Source: Oculina patagonica (Eukaryota). From it: a stretch of 64,000 nt of DNA. Location: contig NC_135760.1 of NCBI RefSeq assembly GCF_052425735.1, positions 22,444,001 to 22,508,000 on the forward strand, written 5' to 3'. Below the pieces are notes generated by a model. The model did no database searches, was not told the origin of the DNA, and saw nothing but the letters and a program-made list of their open reading frames with translations. A program made the translations under genes and the position numbers. Positions 24,978-38,017 of this stretch are shown here, one piece after another. Numbering within the stretch: the first letter of the stretch is position 1; each line of letters opens with the position of its first letter.

Positions 24978-26904
24978 AGCCTTTGCGTAAATTTAAAGAA
25001 CAGTGTGTGTTTCAACGTATATCTCTTTCGTTTCACAATTTGTTGACTCTATCCCTGTTTACGTGTGTACAATCTTGTGTCGCAAGATTTGCTCAAGCTC
25101 TTTCCTTTTATGCAAAGTTGACAAGTGCGTCACGATTTCTGGGGGTGGATCAGAGCATTCGATTTCGATGATAAGAATGTTGTGACATTTGGCAGTGTTT
25201 ACGTGAAATCGCAGTGATCGGTTGCAGCTATTAATAACTGAGAACAATGAAGAGTTAGTTATTTTTTTAAATGTTTTTACAATGCTTGACATACTTCATA
25301 GGTTTGAGAAGAATTTTACCACGAAACTTGAGATTAGTGCTAATCTCAAACCTGGTGAGTTCATGTTTACAATCCATAGAAACCATATCCAAGACAATTG
25401 CAAATATTTATTATTTTTCGAGTTAAACAGAGCATCATGTTTTTATAGAACCCATTTTCCGTCTTTTGTGTTACCTTGTCGGATTCCGTCGGATTCCGAT
25501 GACTCCACGAAGATCGCACGATCGGTTTTTTATGGTGGATCGTTTTTCCGAAGACGTACGAAGCATCAACGATGTAAAGATTAGCCTGTTTTAAGCTGTT
25601 AATTTTGTGTATGGTATGTATCTGTTTGAAGTGGTTATTAAGCACGCATTTCCGCCTCTAGGCACGTCTGTCAAAGAGCCAACAAAAGTAATTACTTCTC
25701 TCACCAACCGTGCCTCGCTTGTGTCTTTCTTAAACAAATATTTACTTAAACTCCACTCGTATATTGAAAGCTTTTAGTCAATAGGCTGACCGAATCAAAA
25801 GGTCAGTTACAGACAAGAACATCGCCACCTCAAATGATTCTGTCTCGTGAAAGATAAATCTTTAAAAAAGTTGTTTTTAAACAATTAAAATAACAACCTT
25901 AAAGATTTAAACCTGTATTCCTCCATTCTGCAGGAACATTCCAACATCTTAGCACCATTGATAGAGCGGTTTTTAGGGGAAATAGAAGGGAATAAAGTCA
26001 GGGCTATACTAGGAAAGCTTTAGACTGCTAAAAGAAATAGCCCTCGTTTTGTATCAATTAACAGCCTTAGAAAAGTAGGACACTTTCGCGGTCTAGAAAA
26101 CTTGAAACAGATGCAAAATGGCAGTGGAAAATGCTTAAAAAAAAATTTGCATTGCAGCAGAAGTGAGCTGAAAAACTGCTTCTTACAATAAAGTAAAACT
26201 TAACTTTCTACATTTTTGTACTAAATAAATACATAACAACTTTATTTAACCACGGTAAAAAGGTAAAGTAAGGTTGGGGGGCGGCTTGTATTTTTCATTA
26301 TCTTTGGTTTTATTTTTCTCTTGGAATTCTCGTATCTGTTATTTCACTCAACACAGCACGAGTTTGAAATTTCTCCAAGAATTTGTTTTCGCCTTTCTCA
26401 CGTGAGCGATTTGTTCATTGACCCAGGCAAGTCCAGCAGACCGACACACAACGATAACATCTTGTTCCAACTTATTGCAGGCGTTATTAAAATATGTTTT
26501 TTAATAAAAGACTCTCAAAATAACTGTCTGGTTCAAGGATTTGTGGCGCCATTTCATGTTTATTTAACATTTGCACAGTAAGGAACTTTAAATTACTTTT
26601 TCGAGACCTTTACACCAAAAAATTATATTGCGTGCGAAGGAAGTTGTAAATCAAGGGGGCGGTAATAATCGATCCTTAATATTAATTATCAAATTTTTAA
26701 TTTGAGAACCTTTAAAGAATTATTTTAACCCAAGGTGTTTTACATTTATATGCATATATGCTCTGTTTTCTGACAAGTCAACTAATACGGGGCTAGAAAA
26801 AAACATGTTTGAAAGCTATTTAGCTATTTTCATATTCCGGAAAAAATGAAAGGTTTTAATTTTTTATCAATAATTTTAAAAAATGTACAACAACTTTTAG
26901 TTTG

Positions 26905-26944
26905 CAAGACATGTTTCGATCGTTCCAACGATCATCTTCAGTTG
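26905..26944 (-). ncRNA. Minimal type I hammerhead ribozyme (inverted copy)
   Basis: Exact reverse complement of 30390-30429. Confidence 0.75.
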
Positions 26945-27466
26945 TGGGATCGTTTACAGTTGAAGTTGAATTTTTTACAAGCAATGGCGTAACATGCGTG
27001 ATACGCAACATTCGTGATACATTTTAAATTTAACAATCCTCTTTATCTCCAGACTTCAGTTTTCCGTAAGAAAACGTTCACAGGGCTCCTTATGAACTAT
27101 TTTAGTTTTACTGCATTCTCTTACAAAATCGGTCTTGTAAGAACACTGGTTGACAGGGTCTACAAAATCAACAATTCCTGGTTTGGCTTTCATGATGATA
27201 TTAAGAACCTCACTCGTATCCTACGTAAAAAACCTTTTCCCTGTTCATATTATAGATAAGGTTGTCAACCAATACGTAAGCAGAGCTCAAGTCCGCCCAT
27301 CAGATAGCTCTCGGGTTCAACAACCCGTTTCATCTTATTATTTTAAGTTACCTTATATAGGATCCTTTTCTGCAGAAGCTCAGAAGAGATTGCGTAAACT
27401 TGTCCACCGTTATTGTACTAACATTGAAATTAAGTTAGTTTTTTCGTCTTTTAAAGTGAGTAGTAT

Positions 27467-29788
27467 ACACCCCTCTGTAACAGACCTGGTGAAACCCGAC
27501 CTGGTGGGTTATTTTGCCCTCCCTGGTGGAAATTTGACCTCCCTGGTCCCTGGTGAAAATCTGAAAAATCCCTGGTCAATATTATTTCTCCCCGGTCAGG
27601 AAAACTGATCCAACCAAAATCTTTCCGCTAGTTTTAATAAACAGAAGAAAACGACGCGCGGCAAAAAGATAATTTAATAATTGACTATAACTTGACGTAA
27701 ATATAGCAAAAAGTAATTGTTAACTTTTTTCTATTGTTTTTGTCGCTTATTCCGTTGTCAAGCACGTCACTGAAGAGACAAAACAGATCTGTTTCCTTTT
27801 CTGTGGGTAATACGAGCTTGTGAATGATTTAGAGCGATTTGAGATTTGAACAGCGCGCGCGGCCCAAAACAAATGTGTGGAAGTATTTTTGACCCGGCTA
27901 TCTAAAGCGTTTTATAGAATAACTACGCAGAGGATAACCAGCTTGACCGACATAATTCTTGGTAAGTATTAAGCGGTTTTTTTCGTCGATTAAGCAGCCT
28001 TGAGCAGTTTGAGAGGCGTTTGATGTAAATATCGTGTTTAACTTTGCAGTCCGCCGGCACAATGTGATGTAAAAAATACGCAAGTTATTCAAGTACATTC
28101 AAGATCATTCAAGTGGCGTATTACGGTAAATCTTAATTAGGATGCCTCAGATTGTAAGGACTGTGTAAGTAGTACCGCTTTGTGTAGCTTTCACCTGCAT
28201 GAAACTATTGATGCCCACCTGGAGGACAGCAGTCATTAACACGTACTTTTCATTGCTCGCTAAATCCGAAAAAAAGAGACAATTTATTCGACCTGTTAAA
28301 GATATAAGCAGACGGCTTTCTTTATTTGATTTTTTATGCTTTGACCTTCCAAAAATGGATCAACGAATAAGAGCAGGCATTTTGAACATTTTGCAACTGT
28401 AACGGTAAACGGACGACACAGTTTAAATTTAGGCGCGCCCGTACTAGGCAACCCCTGGATCTGTCTCTTGGTGCACGGCTTTTTGATAATAAATCTTTAT
28501 GTCAGTTACCTTCTGGAAAAGTACTCAAACTTGTATTTAGATTAGCAGGGCTTGAGAGACGTTCAAACTCTAAGGGAGTCGAGAAAATGATCCCACGATA
28601 CGTTCTCCAATCTCTTTGAAACAGTATCGAATATCAGGCTAAAATAAAATTAACCTAGACTTTCTCAAAGTCCTTCGACGCGCGGTTTAGGAATTTTAAG
28701 TCGTAAACTGGGTTTTGGTGGTGTAATCCGTCAAGCGCAAAGTTGGTTGCCTGGTGAGGCGCGTTCCCTTTCCAAAAATAAGGAACTTTGATTTTAACTG
28801 AAAAGATCTAGAAATAATCGTGTTTTTTTAAGTTTACTTTAAGCTGCCTGGTTGCATATAAACTCCCTTCAAAACGCACGAAATGTGGTTTCGGGCTGTC
28901 TAATCTTTCAAAATTTCCCGGGGAGGCATGCCCCTGGATCCCCAGTAGCTGACATCTTCGGCGTTCACACGATTGCATATTTCAGATCTTTGTCGCTCTA
29001 AAGAACCGTCGTTTTAAATCCTGCCCACAGGCCTGCTAAGAACTGGAAAAGTAACATGCATCTAAAGCAAGTTTAATCATTTTTTAAGGCGATATCGTTA
29101 GTCACCATCGCCTTATATCATAAGGCGGTCGGCGGAATTTGTTCTTCTGTTCGTTATCGCTTCTGCATGCATTGCGTGCCGTTTATGATACCTCAGAGGA
29201 TTTTAGGAATATATCCCCGGCGACTGATTCAGGTCCAAGTGCGAACTGACAGTGTCAATAGTAGGGTGACTTATTGGCTCACTGTTACAATGATTTGCTA
29301 AATTTGACCCATTGCGGATCTCGTGGCGGTAGGTAATGCACTGTTCGATACAAAGAACGCTCGGGGATCGCAAAATCGGCCCGTTTGCCGTATAACGCGA
29401 AGGCCTTAAAGGACTTCTTATACAAGAAATTAAGTCCGATGCCTTTATTCGATTCCGTTTCTCCTTTGCCACTTTTCTCTGTGTAAGAGCAGGATACAAA
29501 GAGGGCATTACTTCAGTTGTTTACGTACAGTGCGAAAAAAAAAAACACGGTGTCATCTACAGCCGTTAGGCGACATCGGTGCGGAAAAGTGTACACGATT
29601 ACCCCGCTAAGTTTATTGCATACTGGGTTACAAAGTTTTGCATGTATATACATCAAGGTTAGATTTAATAAATCATCGCCCTCTGTGAAAAAATAATCAA
29701 CCTGGTGGATTTTTGACTGCCCTGGTCGATTTTGTGTTGAAAACCTGGTGGAAAATCAGGTGTCACCAGGTCTGTTACAGAGGGGTGT
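27467..29788. mobile_element. Non-autonomous TIR DNA transposon (2322 bp) inserted in the Penelope ORF; superfamily unassigned
   Basis: Perfect 26-bp TIRs ACACCCCTCTGTAACAGACCTGGTGA; TAGTAT duplicated at 27461-27466 and 29789-29794; excision restores ...FKVSSMFSVKDP. Confidence 0.88.
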
Positions 29789-30389
29789 TAGTATGTTCAG
29801 TGTGAAGGATCCTGTTCCTCTCGATCTCCGTTCGCGCGTTGTCTACAAATTTTCTTGTGCAGGATGTAATGCCTGTTACATCGGCGAAACTAGCCGTCAT
29901 CTTTCAACGCGCATTCGTGAGCATCTGAGTAGGGACAGGAACTCACACATTTACCAACATCTGCAGCAGTCTGAGGCATGCCGTAGGCTTGCATCTAAGA
30001 ACTGCTTTTCTATTGTAGATTCCGCACCCAATAGACTACAACTAATTTTAAAAGAGGCTGTCCACATCCGCTGGGAAAACCCCACGTTAAATAAACAGCT
30101 CAAACATGCTGACTTAACTCTTTCATTTTAGTATTATGTTATTTTCTTATAAATAAGTGTCGTTTAATTTAATTTAATTTTTTTGCATCATTTTGTGTGA
30201 TAATTGTAATTTACTTAGTTATTTTTGCTGTTTAATTTCTTTGCCGTGTATTTATACTCGCGCGCATTGTTCCATGTCTCGCGTATTTAAATGCTGCACG
30301 TTAAATTTAAAATGTATCACGAATGTTGCGTATCACGCATGTTACGCCATTGCTTGTAAAAAATTCAACTTCAACTGTAAACGATCCCA

Positions 30390-30429
30390 CAACTGAAGAT
30401 GATCGTTGGAACGATCGAAACATGTCTTG
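30390..30429 (+). ncRNA. Minimal type I hammerhead ribozyme in the Penelope 3' terminal repeat
   Basis: CAA-CTGAAGA-T-GATCGTT-GG-AACGATC-GAAA-CATG-TC-TTG. It has the CUGANGA and GAAA cores, a 7-bp stem II, a palindromic stem III (ACATGT), a GUC cleavage triplet and a short stem I (CAA/TTG). Confidence 0.8.
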
Positions 30430-30791
30430 CAAACTAAAAGTTGTTGTACATTTTTTAAAAATAGTAGTTTGTCTGCTTTTATCCAGACCATTTGAATATT
30501 TTTAAACTTTTATAACTAAAAATTTGTTTTAACCAGGAAAAAATAATATTTATTATTTATTTACCACTTATTCTGTCAACTTTGTTTTAATCAATCAACT
30601 TTAGTGCTTTGGTCCGGTGGTTTGGTTTTCGATGAAGTTAACCACACTGCCAGGGGCTGATCTGCGAGCAATTTTATTTAGGCACTGGCCTGGTTGACCT
30701 GTGGAATGTGGTAATACTGTGATACTAGTAACATGACACGATTTTAGAATATAGTGACAAAACAATAAAAATAAGTAAGCAAGCTAGGCTG

Positions 30792-31534
30792 TAATCCAGT
30801 CCCTGAACTCTCTCTTCCGCGCGCGTTTTATAGGGGCTGAACCCAGGCGCGCGAAGAGAGAGTCCAGGATAACCTGCATGCGCATGCGCCAGTTTTCCCC
30901 CCAAAATTGAGGGAAAAACCATATTTGGCAGCCCTTTTGAAAACGCGCGCGCACAGATGGCGAGTTCAACTACGCGACCGTGTACTAAAGCAGGATCACC
31001 GGAATAACTTTAAAAAGCCTAGCTTTGCAGTCAGTGTCTGCTAAAAGCTAACGACCAAAACAAAAATCGCTATCCGTCAACCATTCCTAGTATTTTGTAG
31101 CTGTTTATTGAATTGGTTTTGGATGCAATAGCCGATTCCCTCTATAGCGCGCGCCTGCAGGGAATCACGGTAGTTGTATTCATCAAACCGTGCGCGAGAC
31201 TCAGCAACAATGCGCGTTGCTGAGTCTCGCGCATGGTTTGATGAATACAACTACCGTGATTTCCTGCAGGCGCACGCTATAGAGGGAATCGGCTATTGAG
31301 CACAGTTTTTTTTCTTGCATTTATTCGCGCGCTCGGTTGCGTAGTTGAATTCTTCATTTGAGCGAGCCAGTTTTAGCCTAGCGCGCACGTCTCAAACAAG
31401 TGACGCCACACTCCTCGCTTGTGATTGGTTCGTTCTGAGCATGCGCATGCAAGTTATCCTGGACTCTCTCTTCGCGCGCCTGGGTTCAGCCCCTATAAAA
31501 CGTGCGCGGAACAGAGAGTTCAGGGACTGGACTA
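30792..31534. mobile_element. Academ-like MITE (inner element) with ~95-bp TIRs
   Basis: TAATCCAGTCCCTGAACTC... / ...GAGTTCAGGGACTGGACTA; exact 9-bp TSD GCTAGGCTG (30783-30791, 31535-31543). Confidence 0.8.
31126..31298. repeat. Near-perfect palindrome with ~83-bp arms, probably a third nested element
   Basis: CAATAGCCGATTCCCTCTATAGC...CTCAGCAAC, 7-nt spacer, GTTGCTGAG...GCTATAGAGGGAATCGGCTATTG. Confidence 0.85.
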
Positions 31535-32506
31535 GCTAGGCTGCGAATACAGCCGCCTCTCCGCGCTCCGGCCGCTTGCCGCGAAACGGCCGGGAGTGTT
31601 GAGAGGCGGCTGTATTCGCAGGCTACAAGCAAGCAAGCAAGTACTCGTTATTTTAAAGACGTCAAATTCGTACTACAATTTAAACACCGAATCTACTAAC
31701 AGTAGGCTCATAAAAGGGCTAAAAATTAATTATTATCACCATTTGCATAGTTCCTTCCAGCCCCAGTTCTTGAAGCTGTAGAGAAAACAGGCCCCCGCCT
31801 GTTGATGTTATATCTGTCCTCGGTTGGAGTCACTAAATGCACTACCTCCACCCCCTCCACTACCCCCACAGTAACTCAGCCGTGACTCAAGGTCGATATT
31901 GCCAAATTGAGGTCCACCTTGAAAAAATAATCACAAAAACGTTTTTATTCGCATTCACTTTATCAATACGTCACTGGTAAAAGGATCATAAAATTATTGA
32001 CTGCCTCGCCAACGAGCAAATACCGTGAAAACCAGCCGTTTTCGTACTAACAATCGTACATTGGTATGCACAAATATGTATGGAAAGACAGCGGGTCTGT
32101 TATTAAGTTAAAACAAAAGTAAACAGTTTACCTCCTCCTCCTCCACCACCAAAACTACCACCACAAGAATCACCTACAAAAAAAGCAAGATTAACGTTTT
32201 AAAGAAATGTGATCAACCCTAAATGGCATTGGAGCATTTATTTCTTTTTGGGGATTAATTTTGGGCTTGTAATCTATATAATAGAATTAAGACAAGAATT
32301 ATCTAATACCATACATTTTTCCCTATATTTTCTCTCTGTTTATAAGTGTACATACGTATAATATTAATGTTTGTTTTATCTCTTGACACCACAACTTTAT
32401 ACTAACTTATTCACCCTTCTGGTGCTTTTTTCAAGTAACATTTTCCCATAATAAGTTACAAGTAAACCTAATTTATTATATTTATTATTTTATCGTTATT
32501 GTTGAA

Positions 32507-32636
32507 AGGCGCGGTGACCTTATGGTTAGCACGCTTTATTTCGGATCGAGGATCGAGCGGTCCGGTTTCTAGCCCTGGCCGGGTTATTGGGCTGTGTTCT
32601 TGGATAAGGCATTTAACTCTCACAGGGCCCCTCTCC
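32507..32636 (+). mobile_element. tRNA-derived SINE fragment; related copies at about 48345-48470 and 56398-56535
   Basis: Degenerate A and B boxes (GGCGCGGTGACCTTATGGTTAG...GGTTTCTAGCCC), followed by a shared body (GTGTTCTTGG..AAG.CA.TT.ACTCTCACAG). Confidence 0.65.
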
Positions 32637-32789
32637 AGTCTAGGACCCTTCCGATTATGCTAGTAAAACTGGCATTTTATGCTCCTAGCAATGCTCGATT
32701 TTTGTCCACAAAATGCTGAAATTATGCTCATTTTTCAAAATTGTGCTCCTTTGATTGAAAAATCGAAATGCTTTGTTTTATTTGGAGAT

Positions 32790-35700
32790 ATCTACACTCA
32801 TTTGACAAAAGATGAACTCCGGGATCCGTACTTGAAGGGCGACGGTAGCTTTAAGATACGTGGTGGTATTATAACGCAAAACCCGAATGTGAAACTTTCT
32901 TATTCGGCTCTTTCGAAACTGTAGTGAACATTAGGCTGAATCCACGTGTTGTCATTTTTCCAAAAAAGCCCAAACGGTAAGTTTCATGTTTCAAATTGGC
33001 TGGTTTCTGTGGATCTGAAGAGAATAAAGGCTTTAATATAGGGAGTGGTATTTCGACGCAAGGGCCGAAAATCTTCATTTTCAGTGCCTCTTGTGACACT
33101 TTCCTATTCTGTTCTTTTGGACCTGGAGTAAAAATTAGACTGAATCCACGTGTTGACATTTTTCCAAAAAGGACCAAACTATACGTCGCAAGTTTCATAC
33201 TGGCTGGTCTTGCTGGATCTGGAGAGAAAATAAACTTCACGGTACGTGGTGGTATTATAACGCAAGGACCAAGAATCTTCGTTTTTAGTGCCAGATCTGA
33301 CACTTCCTCATTTGGCGCTTTCGAACCATGAGTGAATGTTAGGCTGAATCCACGTATCAGCATTATTCAAAAAAAACCCGAACAGCTTCAAACTGCCTGG
33401 TTTTGCAGGATCTGGAGAGAAACGACGCTTTTAGATACGTGGTGGTATATCAACTGAAGAGCCGAAAATCTTGGTTTTCAGTGCCTCAAGTGACACTTTT
33501 TTATTTCGTTCTTAAAAACCAGGAGTGAATATTAGGCTGCATCCACGTCTTGACATTTTTCCAAAAAAGACCAAACTGTACGTTGCAAGTTTCATACTGG
33601 CTGGTTTTTCTGGATCTGGAGAAAAAACAAGATTTTAGATACGTGGTGGTATTTCAACAAAAGGGCCAAAAATCTTCGTTTTTAGTGCCTCATGTCGCAC
33701 TTTCTTATTCGGTTCTTTTAAACCTGGAGGGAACACGATACTGGATGCACGTGTTGCCATTTTTCCAAAAGGAACCAAACTGTACGTTTCAAGTTTTTAA
33801 ACTGGCTGGTTTTGCTGGATATGGCGAGAAAATAAAATTTAAGATACTTGGTGGTATATCAACACAATGGCCGAAAATCTTCGTTTTCAATGCCTGATGT
33901 AACACTTTCTTGTTCCGCTCTTTTGAACCTGGAGTGAAAATTAGGCTGAATCCACGTGTTGGCGTTTTTTCCAAAAAGTGCCAACCTGTACGTTTTAAGT
34001 TTCAAACTGCCTGGTTTTGCTGGATCTGGAGAGAAAATTAGATTTAAGATACGTGGTGGTATTTCAACAAAAGGTCCAAAAATCTTCATTTGCAATGGCT
34101 CAAGTGACTTATTCTTAGTGTGTTCTTTTGAACCTGAAGTGAACATTAGGCTGAATCCACGTGTTGGCATTTTTTCAAAAAGAGCCAACCTGTACGTTTT
34201 AAGTTTCAAATTACCTGGTTTCGATGGATCTGGAGACAAAATAAGCTTTAAGATACGTGGTGGTATTATAAAGCAAGGACCGAGAATCTTCGTTTTCATA
34301 GCCTCGTGTATCACTTTCTTATTCGGCTCTTTCTAACCAGAAGTAAATGTTAGGCTGAATCTACGTGTTGGCATGTTTTCAAATAGGCCCTAACTGTACG
34401 TTTCAAGTTTCAAACTGGCTGGTTTTGCTGGATCCAGAGAGAAAATAAGCTTTAATATACGAGGTGGTTTTTCAACGCTAGCGCCGAAAATCTTCGTTTT
34501 CAGTGCCTCAAGTGGCACTTTCTTATTCAGTTCTTTTGAACCTGGAGGGAACATGAGGCTGGATGCACGTGTTGGCATTTTTCCAAAAGGAACCAAACTG
34601 TACGTTTCAAGTTTTTAAACTGCCTGGTTTTGCTGGATCTGGAAAGAAAATAAAATTTAAGATATGTGGTGGTATATCAACACAATGGCCGAAAATCTTC
34701 GTTTTCAATGCCTGATGTAACACTTTCTTGTTCCGCTCTTTTGAACCTGGAGTGAAAATAAGGCTGAATCCACGTGTTGGCGTTTTTTCCAAAAAGTGCC
34801 GACCTGTACGTTTGAAGTTTCAAACTGGCTGGTTTTGCTGGATCTGGAGAGAAAATAAGCTTTATACCAGGTGGTTCTTCAACGCTATCGCCGAATATCG
34901 TCATTTTCAGTGCCTCGTGTGACGCTTTTTTATTCTCTTCTTTTGAACCTGGAATGAACATTATGGCAAGTCCACGTGTTGGCATTTTTCCAAAAAGGCC
35001 TAAACTGTACGTTTAAAGTTTCAAACTGGCTGTTTTTGCCAAATACTGAGAGAAAATAAGCTTTACTATACAAGGTGGTTTTTCAACGCTAGCGCCGAAA
35101 ATCTTCAATTTCGGTGCCTCATGTGACACTTTCTTATTCGGTTCTTTTGAACTGGAGTGAACATAAAGCTGAAACCACGTGCTGGCATTTTTCCAAAAAG
35201 ACCCGAACTGTACGTTGTAAGTTTGAAATTGTCTGGTTTTACCTCATCTGGAGAGAAAATAAACTTTACGATACGTTGTGGTATTAGAACGCAAGGACCG
35301 AGAATCTTTGTTCCAGTGCCTGATGAGACACTTTCTGATTAGGTTGTTTTAAAACCGGAGTAAATATTAGGCTGAATGCATGTGTTGGCAGTTTTCCACA
35401 AAGGCCCAAACTGTACGTTTCATGTTTCAAATTGGCTGGTTTTGTTAGATCTGGTGAGAATAAAGGCTTTCATATAGGGCATGGTATTTCGACCCAAGGG
35501 CTGAAAATCTTCATTTTCAGTGACCCTTGTGACACTTTCATATTAGTTTCTTTTCAACCTGGAGTGAACATTAGACTGAATCCACGTGTTGGCCTTTCTT
35601 TAGAAAGGCCTAAACTATTCGTTTCAAGTTTCAAACTGGCTGGTTTTGCCTTATCTGGAGAGAAAATAAACTTTACGATATGTGGTTGTATTAAAAAGCA

Positions 35701-36570
35701 TGGACCGAGAATTTTCGTTTTCAGTGCATCGGATGTGACATTTTCTTATTCGGTTCTTTTGAAGCAGGAGTGAACATTAGGCTGAATCCACGTGTTGACG
35801 TTTTTCCAAAAAGGACCAAAGGATACGTTTCAAGTTTCATACTGGCTGGTTTGGCTGGATCTGGTGAGAAAATAAGCTTTATGTTACATTGTGGTATTTC
35901 AACGCAAGGGCCGAAAATCTTCGTTTCTTTAATGCCTGATGTAATACTTTCTTATTCGGTTCTTTTGAACCTGGAGTGAAAATTAGGCTGAATCCAGCCT
36001 AATTTTCTTTTCTATGACTAATCCAGCCCGTGTTGGGGTTTTTCTAAAAAGAAACTGTGACGTTTCAAGTTTCAAACTGCCTGTTTTTGCTTGATCTGGA
36101 GAGAAAATAAGCTTAAATATATGTGGTGGTATTTCAACCCAAAGACCGAAAATCTTCATTTTCGGTCATTTTCATTCGGTACTTCGAACTTGGAGTGAAC
36201 ATTAGGCTGAATCCACGTGTTGGCATTTTTCCAAAGAAGCCCAACCTGTACGTTCCATGTTTCAAATTGGCTGGTTTTGCTGGATCTGAAGAGAATAAAG
36301 GCTTTAATATAGGGAGTGGTATATCCATTCGACGCAAGGGCCGAAAATCTTCATTTTCAGTGCCTCATTTGACACTTTCTTAATCGGTTCTTTTAAACCT
36401 GGAATGAACATTAGGCTGGATCTACGTTTTTGTATTTTTCCAAAAAGGCTTAAGGTCAACTTTTCATGTTTCAAACAGGCTGGTTTTGCAGGATCTGGAG
36501 TGAAGATAAGCTTTAAGATTAGTGGTGGGTTTCAACGCAAGGGCCTAAAAGCTTTATTTTCAGTGCCTCA
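32790..36570. repeat. Satellite array of about 18 diverged ~204-bp monomers
   Basis: The motif GGCTGAATCCACGTGTT and its variants recur every ~204 bp (about 32935, 33140, 33342 ... 36204, 36414). Confidence 0.93.
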
Positions 36571-38017
36571 ATACGTAACAGCCCCAGGGAGCCCAGGGTC
36601 AGGCATTGATTTGCTGTCTTGCTTGGGGGAGGGGATGGACATAGTCAAGTTTTGGGTCAATTTCACCAGACTTTGCCAGTCAGAGCAACGCCATGGTATT
36701 TTACTATTGAATATCATATTTGTGGCAGCTGGCTGCAGCCCTGTGGCATCTTGGCTGTTATCGGGGGTCACTAGGCACTCCACCTTGCCCCCCCCCGGTT
36801 GAGCCAGGGGGAGAGAGGTTGGCTGTTAGTGAATTTCAGGCCTTTCTGTCAGCCTGCTGGGCACCTTTTGTTGAAACAATGCAGATATACATACAAAATA
36901 AGGCACCATGCATGTTTCACGTGAACTGAATAAAGTGAAAAACATCTTTGTTTTTTTAGACTTGTTAACCCTTGTCTATGTTCCTCAAATGTGTCTGGTA
37001 TTTTATAGCATAACGTTAGCGAATTGTTTCACTCGGTCATGTAAGGCAATTTTCCTGGTAGCACCGTACCCTCACCGCGCTTACATGTACCAGCAGTGTA
37101 TCTCAAAGATCGCTCTCGAGCTATTTGTGTAGGAGCTGGCCCACTTTCTGCTTCGCAACAAGTACCAAGGACTGGGTACAACTTCTGAAAACAGCTTATG
37201 GCAAGGCCTTCTTTAAAGTCACAAATGTAAAAGAGAGAGAGTATTTATGTGGAGAATTGGAGTATCCTGAAGATCTTTAGAAATGTTAGAACACCACAAA
37301 ACAAGCAAAGTCATGCTTTTGACAACAAAAATGTAGATAAAATTGATATAGATAAAAGCCAGATTAAATTATGCTGAAAAAATGCTATTGTGTGTCACCC
37401 TCCCTTTGATTCATGGATCAGACTGAAAACAATGAATGATTTGCCAGTAATCGCATCCTGTGTAATGCGTAAAGGATTCTGGGATCGCCAGGGGGAAACA
37501 TTGCAAGTCGCTCTCAAAACTTATATCCCCACTTCGGGTTAAGTTTAATTACTACCTCAGAGTTGAGAAAAGAAATTAGACCATTGGCCTTGTGTCCTTC
37601 ACCTTTATAATGTACATTTTCAACTTAAAATGGGCATTCCCATTTACGTTACATCACAGTTAACGTATTAAAGAGCACCGCGTTAACCCAGAGGGAGTAA
37701 AAGTGACCTGCGCGCATTATTCGATCGGTTATTGTGTTCTGCTGCTATTATGCCAGATGGCATAATGCCAAGCAGAACATATTGCTATCGAAGGAGGGAA
37801 TGGAATGTCTAGAACAATAGAAAGATGTAACAATGGAAGTCCGTAACAATAGAATGTGGTAACAATGGAAAGTATGTAACAATAGATAGCAGATACTTTC
37901 TTTTTTATAGACTTAGTAAAAAGGTATATCTATCAGTTGAATTTGCTATCTTAACAATCAACTAGTCTACATCATAAAAATAAACAAAAATCAAAAAAAT
38001 TCTCGGTTTCTGATATA

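Larger units (their letters stand above)
26874..30460 (+). mobile_element. 5'-truncated Penelope-like retroelement (RT thumb plus GIY-YIG endonuclease) with inverted terminal repeats
   Basis: RT C-terminal peptide TSVFRKKTFTGLLMNYFSF...KLPYIG (frameshift near 27228); GIY-YIG peptide VVYKFSCAGCNACYIGETSRHLSTRIREH...LKEAVHIRWENPTLNKQ. Segment 26874-27034 is an inverted copy of 30300-30460. Confidence 0.92.
30785..31625. mobile_element. Short Academ-like MITE (outer element), interrupted near its left end
   Basis: TAG(G/C)CTGCGAATACAGCCGCCTCTC ... GAGAGGCGGCTGTATTCGCAGGCTA; 9-bp flanks TAAGCAAGC / CAAGCAAGC. Confidence 0.7.

Noticed and set aside
32790-36570. CRISPR-like regularly spaced repeats
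   Set aside because: The whole monomer repeats, there are no unique spacers or cas genes, and the context is eukaryotic.
32869-36802. Many 60-160 aa ORFs with repeated peptides on both strands
   Set aside because: They arise from a satellite whose ~204-bp unit is a multiple of 3; frames break often and appear on both strands.
36575-37400. Possible LTR or DIRS fragment after the satellite
   Set aside because: There is a GC shift, but I found no second LTR, primer-binding site, TSD or coding remnant.
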